Source: Thermovirgaceae bacterium
Lineage (GTDB): Bacteria; Synergistota; Synergistia; Synergistales; Thermovirgaceae
Length of the DNA stretch: 52,899 nucleotides
Direction of reading: 5' to 3'
Assembly: GCA_046542505.1 (NCBI GenBank)
Contig: JBKHBH010000004.1
Location: forward strand, 1-52,899
This document shows, piece by piece, positions 9,598 to 18,575 of the stretch. How positions within the stretch are numbered: position 1 is the first letter of the stretch; each line of letters starts with the position of its first letter. A program made the translations under genes and the position numbers. The notes under the pieces were generated by a model. The model saw only the letters and a program-made list of their open reading frames with translations, was not told the DNA's origin and did no database searches.

Positions 9598-10203
9598 TCA
9601 CCACTGGGCTCCCTCGACAAGGACGGCAAGATCTTCGGCCAGCCGTGCATAGCCGGCGGCATTCGGGTGGATGAGATCACTTTTGAGCGAGGAATCCAAA
9701 AGAATCCGGCGAAGTGAGCGCCCTTCATAGAGGGCTCCCGTTTCATGGGCGATCTTTTCGTAGAAGGAAGGCACCGTCATGGAAAGACCCGGCTCGGGGA
9801 CACCGACGATGACCAGGTCGGTGGCTGTCCGCTTCACGGCCCTGGCCATCTCGTGAAGGTTTTCCGACGTCTTTTCGAGAGGCAGTCCCCGAATCAGGTC
9901 GTTTCCCCCATGACACAGGACGACGAGAGTCGGCCTGTGTTTTTCCAGAAGTCCCGACAGGCGTTTGAGTCCCTCTTCCGACACCTCGCCCGGAACTCCG
10001 GCATTGACCACGGGGACACCGAGTCGTTCTTCCAGGCGTTTCGGGTATGACTTTCCGGCCGGTGCTCCGGTGCCGTAGGTAATACTGTCTCCGAAGGCGA
10101 GGATCAGGCTGTGACTGCCGAGGGGCGCAATATTGGCAGCGAAAGCCCCCACAGGCAACAGGAGAACCAAAAAAAGAAGGGCGAACCCAATTTGTCTGGT
10201 CAT
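9598..10203 (-). CDS. SGNH/GDSL arylesterase (TesA-like), exported
   Basis: Signal peptide; FGDSIT, NAGVPG, GGND, D.IHPN. Confidence 0.9.
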   Translation of the reverse strand: MTRQIGFALLFLVLLLPVGAFAANIAPLGSHSLILAFGDSITYGTGAPAGKSYPKRLEERLGVPVVNAGVPGEVSEEGLKRLSGLLEKHRPTLVVLCHGGNDLIRGLPLEKTSENLHEMARAVKRTATDLVIVGVPEPGLSMTVPSFYEKIAHETGALYEGRSLRRILLDSSLKSDLIHPNAAGYARLAEDLAVLVEGAQW

Positions 10204-10242
10204 ATCTCGAGAACACCCGGCTTTCAGGCCGGTGGCCCTTTC

Positions 10243-11304
10243 CTAGTGGCGTCCCTCGTGCTCCATCAGGTGATCCAGCACCGGGCGCGCCTCCTCGGAG
10301 CGAAGGTACTCCCAGGTTTCCTTCGGGACGAGACGCCTGACGCCTTCCCAGTCATCTTTCCTGACGAGATCCCTGACCGTCGATGCCGAGACTATGGTCC
10401 CGTCCTCGAGCCGGAGGCGCTCGATCTCCAGAAGCTCCACCCCGCATGGGGGAAGGATGTCCTTCATGGCCGCATTATAGGATCCCGTCACGGGACAATA
10501 CGGCTCCGTTCCGACGAAACGTTTCTGAATGCCGAGTTCCGGGACAAAAAGGTTGGCGAACATGGTGACATCGAGATGGGCCTGCACGGACGCTACTTTC
10601 TGTGCGGAAGAGCCTTTCATGAAATAGGATGGGAAAGTCGCAGGCGATACGGCGTAGTCTCCGCTTCGCAGCACTGTCACGTTAGATAGATGTGAGGTCC
10701 CTTTTTTGACCAGATCAAAACGATGGCGGAAGGGAAAAGATGACAAGTCAGCCTCGACGACGATTACGTAGAGGTGGCCGCTCTTTTGTGAAGCCTGTTC
10801 GATGAGATACCGGTGCCCGAGGGTGAAGGGGTTGCAGTTGACCACCACGGCTGCAACAGGGCTTCTGCCTTCGCAATCAGCTTTCATGTCGGCCAGGTAA
10901 TTCCGGAAATCATCTATCCCAGGGTGTCCCATCTCCAGAACCGCCGCTTCCTCCCCGTATCGGGCAAGCTCCCTGAAACCCATGGATCTGAACCGGGAAG
11001 CCGCGTTGGGCCGGGTAAAAACAAAAAGATGGGTCATTCCCCTGGAGCGTGCGTACTCGACGAGGCGGGTCGTCATGGTCCCCGAGAGCCCGGCTTCCTG
11101 CCACTGGGGATCAATGGCGAACATTTTCAGCACTTTGCCTTTAAGGCTTCCCGTTCCGACAATCACACCGTCCTGGTCCTCGACGACGACAGCGGCATCA
11201 GGAACCTCTTCAAAGACAAGGCCGCTTTCTTCTATAAACTCTTTTATCCTCGCCGCTTCCTCTCGCCCGACGGGCGACAAAAGACGGATATCGAAGCCGA
11301 ACAT
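10243..11304 (-). CDS. citC: [Citrate (pro-3S)-lyase] ligase
   Basis: N-terminal GNAT-like domain; VNCNPFTLGHRYLIE, S.ATFPSYF, RFVGTEPYC.VT..YN, SASTVR. Confidence 0.93.
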   Translation of the reverse strand: MFGFDIRLLSPVGREEAARIKEFIEESGLVFEEVPDAAVVVEDQDGVIVGTGSLKGKVLKMFAIDPQWQEAGLSGTMTTRLVEYARSRGMTHLFVFTRPNAASRFRSMGFRELARYGEEAAVLEMGHPGIDDFRNYLADMKADCEGRSPVAAVVVNCNPFTLGHRYLIEQASQKSGHLYVIVVEADLSSFPFRHRFDLVKKGTSHLSNVTVLRSGDYAVSPATFPSYFMKGSSAQKVASVQAHLDVTMFANLFVPELGIQKRFVGTEPYCPVTGSYNAAMKDILPPCGVELLEIERLRLEDGTIVSASTVRDLVRKDDWEGVRRLVPKETWEYLRSEEARPVLDHLMEHEGRH

Positions 11305-11338
11305 GCTTTTTCAACACCTCCGATTTCTTCAAAACACA

Positions 11339-12817
11339 CTATCTCCGGCGCAGCTCCCTCTTCAGAACCTTTCCGATACTCGACCTGGGAAGCTCCTCGA
11401 CAAACTCCACGAGTCTCGGAACCTTGTAATGGGCCAGGCGATTCCTGCAGAAAGAAAGAATCTCCCTGACGGGAATTTCCGTTTCAGGATTTGTGACGAC
11501 ATAGGCTTTTATGATTTCACCGCTGATCGGGTGGGGAACGCCTACAACGGCACATTCTCTTATTTCCGGAATTTCCTGCAGGACGGCTTCAACTTCCGTG
11601 GGGTACACGTTGAACCCCCCGACGATGATAATATCCGTCTCCCTGTCAAGGATGGACAGATATCCTTCTTCATCCAGACGCACCACATCGCCGGTGTTGA
11701 ACCAGTCGTCCTTTACCCTCTCCGCCGTTTGCTCTTGATCCCGGAAATAGCCTTTGAACACCGAGGGCCCCCTGAGCCACAAGACCCCTTCCGTGCCGGG
11801 AGGCACGACCTTTCCCTCGCCGTCGCGAACCTGGACATCGTAGCCGTCCAGGATTGTTCCGGCCGTCCCGAGTTTCTGTGAAGCGTAATTCGGGTTGACG
11901 GACACAACGGGGGAAGTCTCCGTCAACCCGTATCCTTCAAGCACGCCCACGCCGAACATTTTTCTGGCCCTGCCGTCAAGTTTCTCGGGGAAGCGGTCCC
12001 CTCCGGATATGAGAATTCTCAGAGACGCCGGTGGAACGGCACCTCTGGCTATGGCTCCCAAAAGCAGGGTGATCATGGTAGGAACGGCAATAACGACGGA
12101 CACGTCCGCCGCCCGTATCGCTTCCAGCGTCGTCTCGGCGGGCATGAAGGCAGGAAGAATCACCTGAGAAAAACCGCCCACCAGGGGCAGCAACCCGCTT
12201 GTGGTAAACCCCAGGGCATGGAAATTGGGCAACACGTTTAAAAAGTTGTCACCTTCCCTGAGATCCGTGAAGTGCTCCACCGACCGGAGGACATTGTCCA
12301 ACAGGTTGCCGTGGGTGACAGGGACCGCCTTTGGCGTTCCCGTTGTGCCTGACGTATAGAAAAGAACCGCCGTTTCCGGATCCGTAAGGGAAACGGTCCG
12401 TGCCTCAAACGCCGCAGGGGGCGGCCCTTCGAGAGGTGTCGTTATCGCAGGGATTCCGGTCCGGCCAAGATCTTTCGCAACCTGTTCCATCCCCTGGGGA
12501 AGCATCACCCCGCAAACCTCACCGTGTATGAGGTTTGCCGCAATGGCCGACTTCCCCGCCTGGAGATTGAGCGGGACGAGCGTCCCTCCCAGTTTCCACA
12601 CGGCAATCATCAGGGCAAGAAAAACCGGGGAATTCGGCAAAAGCACCGCGAGCCGGCTTCCTTCCTGAAACCCCGCTTCCCTCAGGACTTCCTCACATTT
12701 TCCCGCAAGATCCGCAAGGACCCTGCGGGACCACCAGGTCCCTCTCCACCAGAATGATTTTTCTCCGTTGCATCTGACACATTGCTCGAGAATCCGGTTT
12801 TCCAGGCGCATCGTCAA
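11339..12817 (-). CDS. AMP-binding acyl-CoA ligase (long-chain fatty acid-CoA ligase family)
   Basis: YTSGTTGTPK, EGYGLTETSP, TGD, GFNVYP.EVE, LP.S.IGK. Confidence 0.92.
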   Translation of the reverse strand: MTMRLENRILEQCVRCNGEKSFWWRGTWWSRRVLADLAGKCEEVLREAGFQEGSRLAVLLPNSPVFLALMIAVWKLGGTLVPLNLQAGKSAIAANLIHGEVCGVMLPQGMEQVAKDLGRTGIPAITTPLEGPPPAAFEARTVSLTDPETAVLFYTSGTTGTPKAVPVTHGNLLDNVLRSVEHFTDLREGDNFLNVLPNFHALGFTTSGLLPLVGGFSQVILPAFMPAETTLEAIRAADVSVVIAVPTMITLLLGAIARGAVPPASLRILISGGDRFPEKLDGRARKMFGVGVLEGYGLTETSPVVSVNPNYASQKLGTAGTILDGYDVQVRDGEGKVVPPGTEGVLWLRGPSVFKGYFRDQEQTAERVKDDWFNTGDVVRLDEEGYLSILDRETDIIIVGGFNVYPTEVEAVLQEIPEIRECAVVGVPHPISGEIIKAYVVTNPETEIPVREILSFCRNRLAHYKVPRLVEFVEELPRSSIGKVLKRELRRR

Positions 12818-12971
12818 GGCAAGATCCCCCCGCTTTTTTGGAAATCAATCTGCCGCTCAAAGGAACAAGTCACCGGAAACGGACTGTTCCTTCCCTGTCA
12901 CGAAAACGGCGGATCAAAATCCCGCATAGATACATTTATTGTACATTATGAATTTCCTGAATTATTCCGAA

Positions 12972-14168
12972 CTACAGGACAAGTCCCAAAAAAGCCAGCC
13001 ACGCCGACGCCACAGGTAGAAGTTCTTCGGGAACGTCATATCTCGGGTGATGAAGCCCTAACTCCGATCCGGTTCCCAGGAGCATGAAACAGGACGGGAC
13101 TTCAAGAGAATAAAAGGAAAAATCTTCCCCTGAAAGTATCGGCCGCGGCATCTCTTCCACAAGGTCTTCATCCAAAAAAGAGCGTCCCAGGGCAAAGACG
13201 TCTTCAGTAACTTCGTCGTCGTTGACCAGGCTCGGGTAATTCCGGGTGTATTCTACGGTGGCGATCGCCTTGTGTCCCCGTGCGACGAGCGGGACCATCT
13301 CCTCGAGCCGGTTCTGTAGATAATCCCTGACATCCTCTGAAAAGGTCCGGAGCGTTCCCCAGAGGTGAGCTGACTGGGGAATGATGTTGTATGCTTCACC
13401 CGCTTCTATCTGTCCGAACGAGATAACCGCCGTTTCCATGGGGTCCATCTCCCGCGTCAGGAGGCTCTGGACGGCCAGAAGGATATGAGCGGCGACAATA
13501 GTGGGGTCCACACCCAGGTGCGGGGAGGCGGCATGCGCGCCGGAGCCCTCGATGACAACATGAATCCGGTCCGACAGGGCTGTAACGGTTTTCTTTTTCG
13601 TCCTCAACTGGCCATAGGGGATCATGGGCCAGAAATGCAACCCGACCATCCGGCCGACTTGATAGGAAGTAAACAGTCCGCCCTCAATGATTTTTTTGGC
13701 ACCACCCTTGCCCTCTTCCGCAGGTTGGAACAAAAAAATAACGGGCCTTTGAAGTTCATCGGCCCGTGCTGAAAGGATCCTTGCCGCCCCCAGAAGGGAA
13801 GCCATGTGGGAATCATGCCCGCAGGCATGCATGAGTCCAGGAAAACAGGAAGCAAAAGGCAGATCCGTTTCTTCCTGGACGGCAAGAGCATCCATATCGG
13901 CCCTCAGCACAAGAGCCGGTCTCGCGATATCATTTCTGAGGATACCGATGACCGATGTCGCCGTGCCAAGCCCCCTCACGACCTCCATGGACGGCATGGC
14001 ATCAAGGGCCGTAGCAATCCGAGAGGCTGTGATGTTTTCCTCGTAGGCCAGTTCGGGAAACTGGTGAAATTCCCTTCTCCAGCCCACGATCTGGTCCATG
14101 ATATCTTCAGCGTCGCCGGTCAGGGCGTCTCGCAAACATCCAAGTGTCGATGGGTTATGCTCAATCAT
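12972..14168 (-). CDS. M20D family amidohydrolase
   Basis: RR.FH..PEL..EE, RADMDAL, MHACGHD.H, FQPAEEG, GEDF, LHHP. Confidence 0.92.
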   Translation of the reverse strand: MIEHNPSTLGCLRDALTGDAEDIMDQIVGWRREFHQFPELAYEENITASRIATALDAMPSMEVVRGLGTATSVIGILRNDIARPALVLRADMDALAVQEETDLPFASCFPGLMHACGHDSHMASLLGAARILSARADELQRPVIFLFQPAEEGKGGAKKIIEGGLFTSYQVGRMVGLHFWPMIPYGQLRTKKKTVTALSDRIHVVIEGSGAHAASPHLGVDPTIVAAHILLAVQSLLTREMDPMETAVISFGQIEAGEAYNIIPQSAHLWGTLRTFSEDVRDYLQNRLEEMVPLVARGHKAIATVEYTRNYPSLVNDDEVTEDVFALGRSFLDEDLVEEMPRPILSGEDFSFYSLEVPSCFMLLGTGSELGLHHPRYDVPEELLPVASAWLAFLGLVL

Positions 14169-14322
14169 CGTTTCTCCTTCCGGCTCGGCAGACGGCCCGG
14201 ATAATCCTCGGGAAGATGTGTTTCATGCAGGGGAAGCAATCGTGAAGCGACATATCTGTGTTAGTGTATCATACATAAAGATATATGAACCATTTTCCTG
14301 AATCCATGAAGGGGGATCTTCC

Positions 14323-15627
14323 ATGTCCGCACCCTGGGTCGAAATCAAAAACCTCTCGGAACACAAAGACCGCGAGGTCGCCATCAAGGGATGGATGTAC
14401 AACAAAAGGAGTTCCGGGAAAATTCACTTTCTGCAGCTTCGTGACGGGACGGGATTCGTCCAGGCCGTCATGGCCAAGGCCGAAGTTCCGGAGGATACGT
14501 TCCTGGAAGCGAAAGGTCTCTGGCTGGAGGCCTGCGTGGAGGTGTCTGGTATCGTAAAAAGCGACGAGAGGGCCCCATCGGGCTATGAATTGACCGTCAC
14601 GGATTTGAGGGTTTTTCACAACCCGCAACAGGAATACCCAATCGGGAAAAAGGAACACGGCATCGACTTTTTGCTGGACAACCGGCATTTGTGGCTGCGA
14701 AGCCAGCGCCAGCGCGCAGTCATGAAAATCAGGGACCAGGTGATCTGGGCGGCAAGGGAATACCTTCACGGCGAAGGTTTCCTGCTCGCCGACAGTCCGA
14801 TCCTAACGGGTTCCATCGGCGAAGGCGCTTCCGGACTCTTCGAGGTCCCCTATTTCGATGAAGGAACGGCCTATCTGGCCCAGACGGGACAGCTTTATGC
14901 CGAGGCGGCGGCAGCCGCCTTCGGAAAGGTCTATACTTTCGGGCCCACCTTCAGGGCGGAAAAATCCAAGACGCGCCGGCATCTGACGGAGTTCTGGATG
15001 GTCGAGCCCGAAGTGGCCTTTTATGATCACGAGGACAACATGAAACTCCAGGAAAACCTCGTATCCGCCATCGTGACAAGCGTCCTCGAGAATTGCCGGG
15101 CGGAGCTCAAGACACTGGAAAGGGAGACGGAGCCCCTGGAAAGGGTCCATCCCCCATTTTACAGGATCAGCTATGACGAAGCCGTCAAGATGCTTCAGGA
15201 TCTCGGCAACACCATTGAATACGGCATCGATTTCGGCGGAGACGACGAGACGGTCCTGACGCAGCAGTTCGACAAGCCCGTATTTGTCGAGTGCTATCCG
15301 AAAAAGGTCAAGGCCTTCTACATGAAACAGCATCCTGACCGGGAAGATCTCGTCCTCTGCGACGACCTGCTGGCACCGGAAGGTTACGGCGAGATCATAG
15401 GTGGATCCCAGCGTGAGGACGATTACGACCTTCTCCTCTCGAGGATCAGGGAGGAAGGACTCCCCGAGGAGTCCTACGAGTGGTATCTCGACCTGAGGCG
15501 CTACGGAACCTTCATCCACAGCGGGTTCGGCCTGGGAATCGAGAGGCTGGTCAGCTGGATCTGCGGCCTTCATCACATCAGGGAGGCCATCCCCTTCCCC
15601 AGGACCATCTACCGGCTGAATCCCTGA
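14323..15627 (+). CDS. asnS: Asparagine--tRNA ligase
   Basis: OB-fold N-terminus, YLAQTGQLY.E, FRAEKSKTRRHL.EFWMVEPE, EIIGGSQRE, GFGLGIER. Confidence 0.96.
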   Translation: MSAPWVEIKNLSEHKDREVAIKGWMYNKRSSGKIHFLQLRDGTGFVQAVMAKAEVPEDTFLEAKGLWLEACVEVSGIVKSDERAPSGYELTVTDLRVFHNPQQEYPIGKKEHGIDFLLDNRHLWLRSQRQRAVMKIRDQVIWAAREYLHGEGFLLADSPILTGSIGEGASGLFEVPYFDEGTAYLAQTGQLYAEAAAAAFGKVYTFGPTFRAEKSKTRRHLTEFWMVEPEVAFYDHEDNMKLQENLVSAIVTSVLENCRAELKTLERETEPLERVHPPFYRISYDEAVKMLQDLGNTIEYGIDFGGDDETVLTQQFDKPVFVECYPKKVKAFYMKQHPDREDLVLCDDLLAPEGYGEIIGGSQREDDYDLLLSRIREEGLPEESYEWYLDLRRYGTFIHSGFGLGIERLVSWICGLHHIREAIPFPRTIYRLNP

Positions 15628-15648
15628 ACTTTTAAAAAAGGCCGTTAA

Positions 15649-15683
15649 AAGAAGCCCCGCATGATAATCATGCGGGGCTTCTT
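15649..15683. terminator. Hairpin between convergent asnS and gdhA, probably a bidirectional terminator
   Basis: 17-bp inverted repeat AAGAAGCCCCGCATGAT / ATCATGCGGGGCTTCTT. Confidence 0.75.
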
Positions 15684-15717
15684 GCGCGCTTCTTTCTTTC
15701 GCAAAGCGGGGTGCTTC

Positions 15718-17064
15718 CTAGAAACCTTGTTCTATCATGGCTTTCGAAACGCGGAGGAATCCTGCAATGTTGGCGCCTATCACGTAGTTGCCCGGGGAAC
15801 CGAATTCCGCCGCGGCTTCCATGCAGTTTTTGTGGATATCTTTCATAATCCCCTTCAGGCGCTGGTCGACTTCTTCCCTCGTCCAGAAGAGCTTCAGGCT
15901 GTTCTGGGACATCTCCAGGCCGGAAGTGGCCACCCCGCCGGCATTTGCAGCCTTGCCGGGAGCCAGGGTAATGCCCTTTTCAAGCAGGAACTCAGTGGCG
16001 TCGAGGCTGGTTGGCATGTTCGCCCCTTCGGAAACGACGCGACAGCCGTTGTCCACAAGCACTTTCGCGTCATCAAGCTCGAGCTCGTTCTGCGTCGCGC
16101 AGGGAAGTGCAATCTCAGCCTTGGCAAGACCCCAGGGCCGTTTGCCTTCATAATATTTCGCGGTCGGGAATTTCTCCACATACTCGCTGATGCGACCACG
16201 CTTGACGTTCTTGATTTCCATGATGTAGTTCCACTTTTCTTCGTCGATTCCGTCTTCGTCAATGATCGTTCCGCCCGAATCGGACATGGAGATGACCGTG
16301 GCCCCCAGTTCACGCGCTTTCGCGGCCGCATGCTGCGCCACGTTGCCGGAACCGGATATTAGAATCCTTTTGCCTCCGATGGAATCTTCTTTGCTCTTGA
16401 GCATTTCCTCAGTAAAGTATACGGCGCCATATCCCGTGGCTTCGGGTCTGATGAGACTGCCGCCCCATCCTACGGTCTTCCCGGTCAGGACCCCGCCGTC
16501 GTGCAGGTTGGTAATCTTCTTGTATTGGCCGAGCAGGAAACCGATCTCCCGGGCGCCCACGCCGATGTCACCGGCAGGAACGTCAATATCGGAACCAAGA
16601 TGGCGGTAAAGCTCCGTCATGTAAGCCTGACAGAAACGCCGGATTTCGTCTTCCGATTTGTTCTTCGGGTTAAAATTGCTTCCTCCCTTGCCGGCGCCCA
16701 TGGGAAGACCCGTCAGGGAGTTCTTGAAAATCTGTTCAAAAGCGAGGAATTTAAGGATGCTGAGCACAACGCTCGGATGGAATCTGAGGCCGCCCTTGTA
16801 AGGGCCAAGTGCGCTGTTCATCTGAACCCTGTAGCCGTAGTCGACGTCGATATCTCCGTTGTCCCGCTGCCAGGTAATCCTGAAGACCACAGTCCTTTCC
16901 GGAACAATGATCCTCTCGAGTATCCTGTACTTCTTGTACTTTGGATCGCTTTCCACCACAGGCCTGACGGCATTCACAAATTCCGTCACGGCCTGGATGA
17001 ATTCCGTCTGCCAGGGCCACTTCGTTTTGACATGCTTGTCCAGTACTTCATCCACCCAACTCAA
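15718..17064 (-). CDS. gdhA: NAD(P)-specific glutamate dehydrogenase
   Basis: GPYKGGLRFHPSV, FEQIFKNSLTGLPMGAGKGG, RPEATGYG, SGSGNVA, PGKAANAGGVA; TTG start after AGGAGGG. Confidence 0.96.
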   Translation of the reverse strand: MSWVDEVLDKHVKTKWPWQTEFIQAVTEFVNAVRPVVESDPKYKKYRILERIIVPERTVVFRITWQRDNGDIDVDYGYRVQMNSALGPYKGGLRFHPSVVLSILKFLAFEQIFKNSLTGLPMGAGKGGSNFNPKNKSEDEIRRFCQAYMTELYRHLGSDIDVPAGDIGVGAREIGFLLGQYKKITNLHDGGVLTGKTVGWGGSLIRPEATGYGAVYFTEEMLKSKEDSIGGKRILISGSGNVAQHAAAKARELGATVISMSDSGGTIIDEDGIDEEKWNYIMEIKNVKRGRISEYVEKFPTAKYYEGKRPWGLAKAEIALPCATQNELELDDAKVLVDNGCRVVSEGANMPTSLDATEFLLEKGITLAPGKAANAGGVATSGLEMSQNSLKLFWTREEVDQRLKGIMKDIHKNCMEAAAEFGSPGNYVIGANIAGFLRVSKAMIEQGF

Positions 17065-17164
17065 CAGCAATCCCTCCTGTAAAATTTTTACTCGTCTTCG
17101 GCTCTTCTCCTGCATTTGGGCCTTTTACTGGTGCCTCGGCCCAAGCCGTCAGAACACCGATACA

Positions 17165-17192
17165 AGTTTATGTGAAAAGAGTATCTTGTCAA
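17165..17192 (-). promoter_or_regulatory. Putative sigma70 promoter of gdhA
   Basis: TTGACA-N16-TAAACT. Confidence 0.5.
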
Positions 17193-17206
17193 GACCGGAC
17201 ACCATT

Positions 17207-17244
17207 GAAAAAGGAGCAGGGACCGAGGTCCCTGCTCCTTTTTC
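17207..17244 (-). terminator. Intrinsic terminator after the putative selenoprotein gene
   Basis: GAAAAAGGAGCAGGGACC-GA-GGTCCCTGCTCCTTTTTC inverted repeat with T runs on both strands. Confidence 0.85.
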
Positions 17245-17260
17245 GCTATGTTGTTTCAGT

Positions 17261-17572
17261 CTAGACGGCGCACCCGCCTCTAGGCAAAGCATCCGTCACG
17301 GCTTCCAGATAGGTGCTCCACAAAAACCCCCTGTGTTCCACGCGAACGGTATCTTCCGGGAAAGAGAGATCCTCGGGAACCCATATGGTTATATCGCCGT
17401 CATCCACCTTGTTATATCCGTTTTCCACAGGCGGTTTCCCGCTCTCGACGAGAGCAGCGGTCCTGGCGCCTCAACCGGAACCGAGCCTTCTTACTATGAC
17501 ATAGCCCTCTTTCCCCTCTTTTTCGAGTTTTTCACGGGCCTTGTCGGAAATCTGCAGCTTCAGGTCTTTCAT
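17261..17572 (-). CDS. Putative HesB-like / CC-Se-motif selenoprotein, 103 aa, Sec at codon 34 (not in the ORF track)
   Basis: GGAGGG RBS, ATG at 17572; MKDLKLQISDKAREKLEKEGKEGYVIVRRLGSG-U-GARTAALVESGKPPVENGYNKVDDGDITIWVPEDLSFPEDTVRVEHRGFLWSTYLEAVTDALPRGGCAV*; in-frame TGA at 17473-17471 followed by a hairpin. Confidence 0.82.
17430..17470 (-). promoter_or_regulatory. Putative bacterial SECIS element
   Basis: Immediately 3' of the UGA: GGCG...CUGCUCUC-GUC-GAGAGCGG...CGCC; apical loop starts with G about 21 nt after the UGA. Confidence 0.7.
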
Positions 17573-17613
17573 AGTCAACCCTCCAAGGGAATGGTTTTTA
17601 TTTTACACTATTG

Positions 17614-17642
17614 ATTATACCCTATGACCGTATAAATTCCAA
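17614..17642 (-). promoter_or_regulatory. Putative promoter of the selenoprotein gene, embedded in the 3' end of the pseudouridine synthase gene
   Basis: TTGGAA-N17-TATAAT. Confidence 0.5.
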
Positions 17643-18574
17643 CCCCTGTCGGAAAGAAGGAAGAGAAAATCTTCGGGCGGAACTGCCGTGAAAGACTTTC
17701 CCCCAAGATGCTCCAGGGGAGAAGGCGGTTCCTTCGGGAAGGCGATCTTTCTGGCATGCAGCATCGGCCTCACGATGCCGGAATGCTTCCATTCGGCATT
17801 TGTCTTTTCGTCACCGTATTTCATGTCCCCGATGACGGGATGCCCCATCTGCGCCATATGTACCCGTGCCTGGTGAGGTCTTCCCGTCACAAGTTCGATC
17901 AAGACGAGAGACAGGCGACCATCCGTCTCCAGCCGCGAGAAACGGGTTTCAGAATACCTTCCGCCGGTTTTCACGGTGGAGACAACGTTCCGGGAAGTAT
18001 CCTTTTCCAGCTTCCCCCTGACGACACCTTCCTTTTCCGTCTGCCCTTCGACAATGGCAAGGTAGAACTTCCGCATCCTGTTTTCCCGCCACATCTCGTG
18101 AAGCGCCCTCAGCGCGAGGCCAGTCAGTGCAACGACCAGGACGCCTGAAGTGTTCCTGTCGAGCCGGTGAGCCGCCGTTGGGAAGAAGGTCCGGTCTTTC
18201 CATTCAAGGGTTCCGACCAGGCGTCCCACGGCTGAATCATCTCCTTCTTCCACGGGCTGGGTCAGAAGATTCCAGGGTTTGTTGGCCACACAAACCTCTC
18301 CGTCTGCATAGACTATGTCTATCGCCGGAGGACGGCCGCTTTCCTGCCCGGGTATCTCTCCCTTTTCCCTGGCTGGATCATCCCAGGGGACGGTCACGGT
18401 CTGCCCCTCCATCACGCGGTCGTCAAACCGCGCAGGTCTGCCATCAATCCGGACGCGCTTTTTCCGGAAAAATTTCATCATCGCTCCAAGCGGTAGGTCG
18501 GGCCATCTGCTTTTCAGGACCTTGTCGAGGCGCCTTCCATCCTGGTGTCTGTCAATATCGAAAGCCTGTCCCAT
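17615..18574 (-). CDS. RluA-family pseudouridine synthase with S4 domain (RluC/D-like)
   Basis: GRRLDK.L S4 domain, NKP, HRLDRNTSG, TGR.HQ.RVH, PVIGD.KYG, LHA. Confidence 0.92.
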   Translation of the reverse strand: MGQAFDIDRHQDGRRLDKVLKSRWPDLPLGAMMKFFRKKRVRIDGRPARFDDRVMEGQTVTVPWDDPAREKGEIPGQESGRPPAIDIVYADGEVCVANKPWNLLTQPVEEGDDSAVGRLVGTLEWKDRTFFPTAAHRLDRNTSGVLVVALTGLALRALHEMWRENRMRKFYLAIVEGQTEKEGVVRGKLEKDTSRNVVSTVKTGGRYSETRFSRLETDGRLSLVLIELVTGRPHQARVHMAQMGHPVIGDMKYGDEKTNAEWKHSGIVRPMLHARKIAFPKEPPSPLEHLGGKSFTAVPPEDFLFLLSDRGWNLYGHRV

Positions 18575-18575
18575 A

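Noticed and set aside
17070..17150. gdhA leader with GGAGA..CCGAAG..CAGG words and a TTGGGCC/GGCCCAA hairpin, reminiscent of a glycine aptamer
   Set aside because: The required P2/P3 pairings and the CUCUCAGG segment are absent; too short.
16859..17614. 251-aa plus-strand ORF covering the gdhA/pseudouridine synthase gap
   Set aside because: Runs through a terminator and antisense to gdhA; the minus-strand UGA-containing gene explains the region better.
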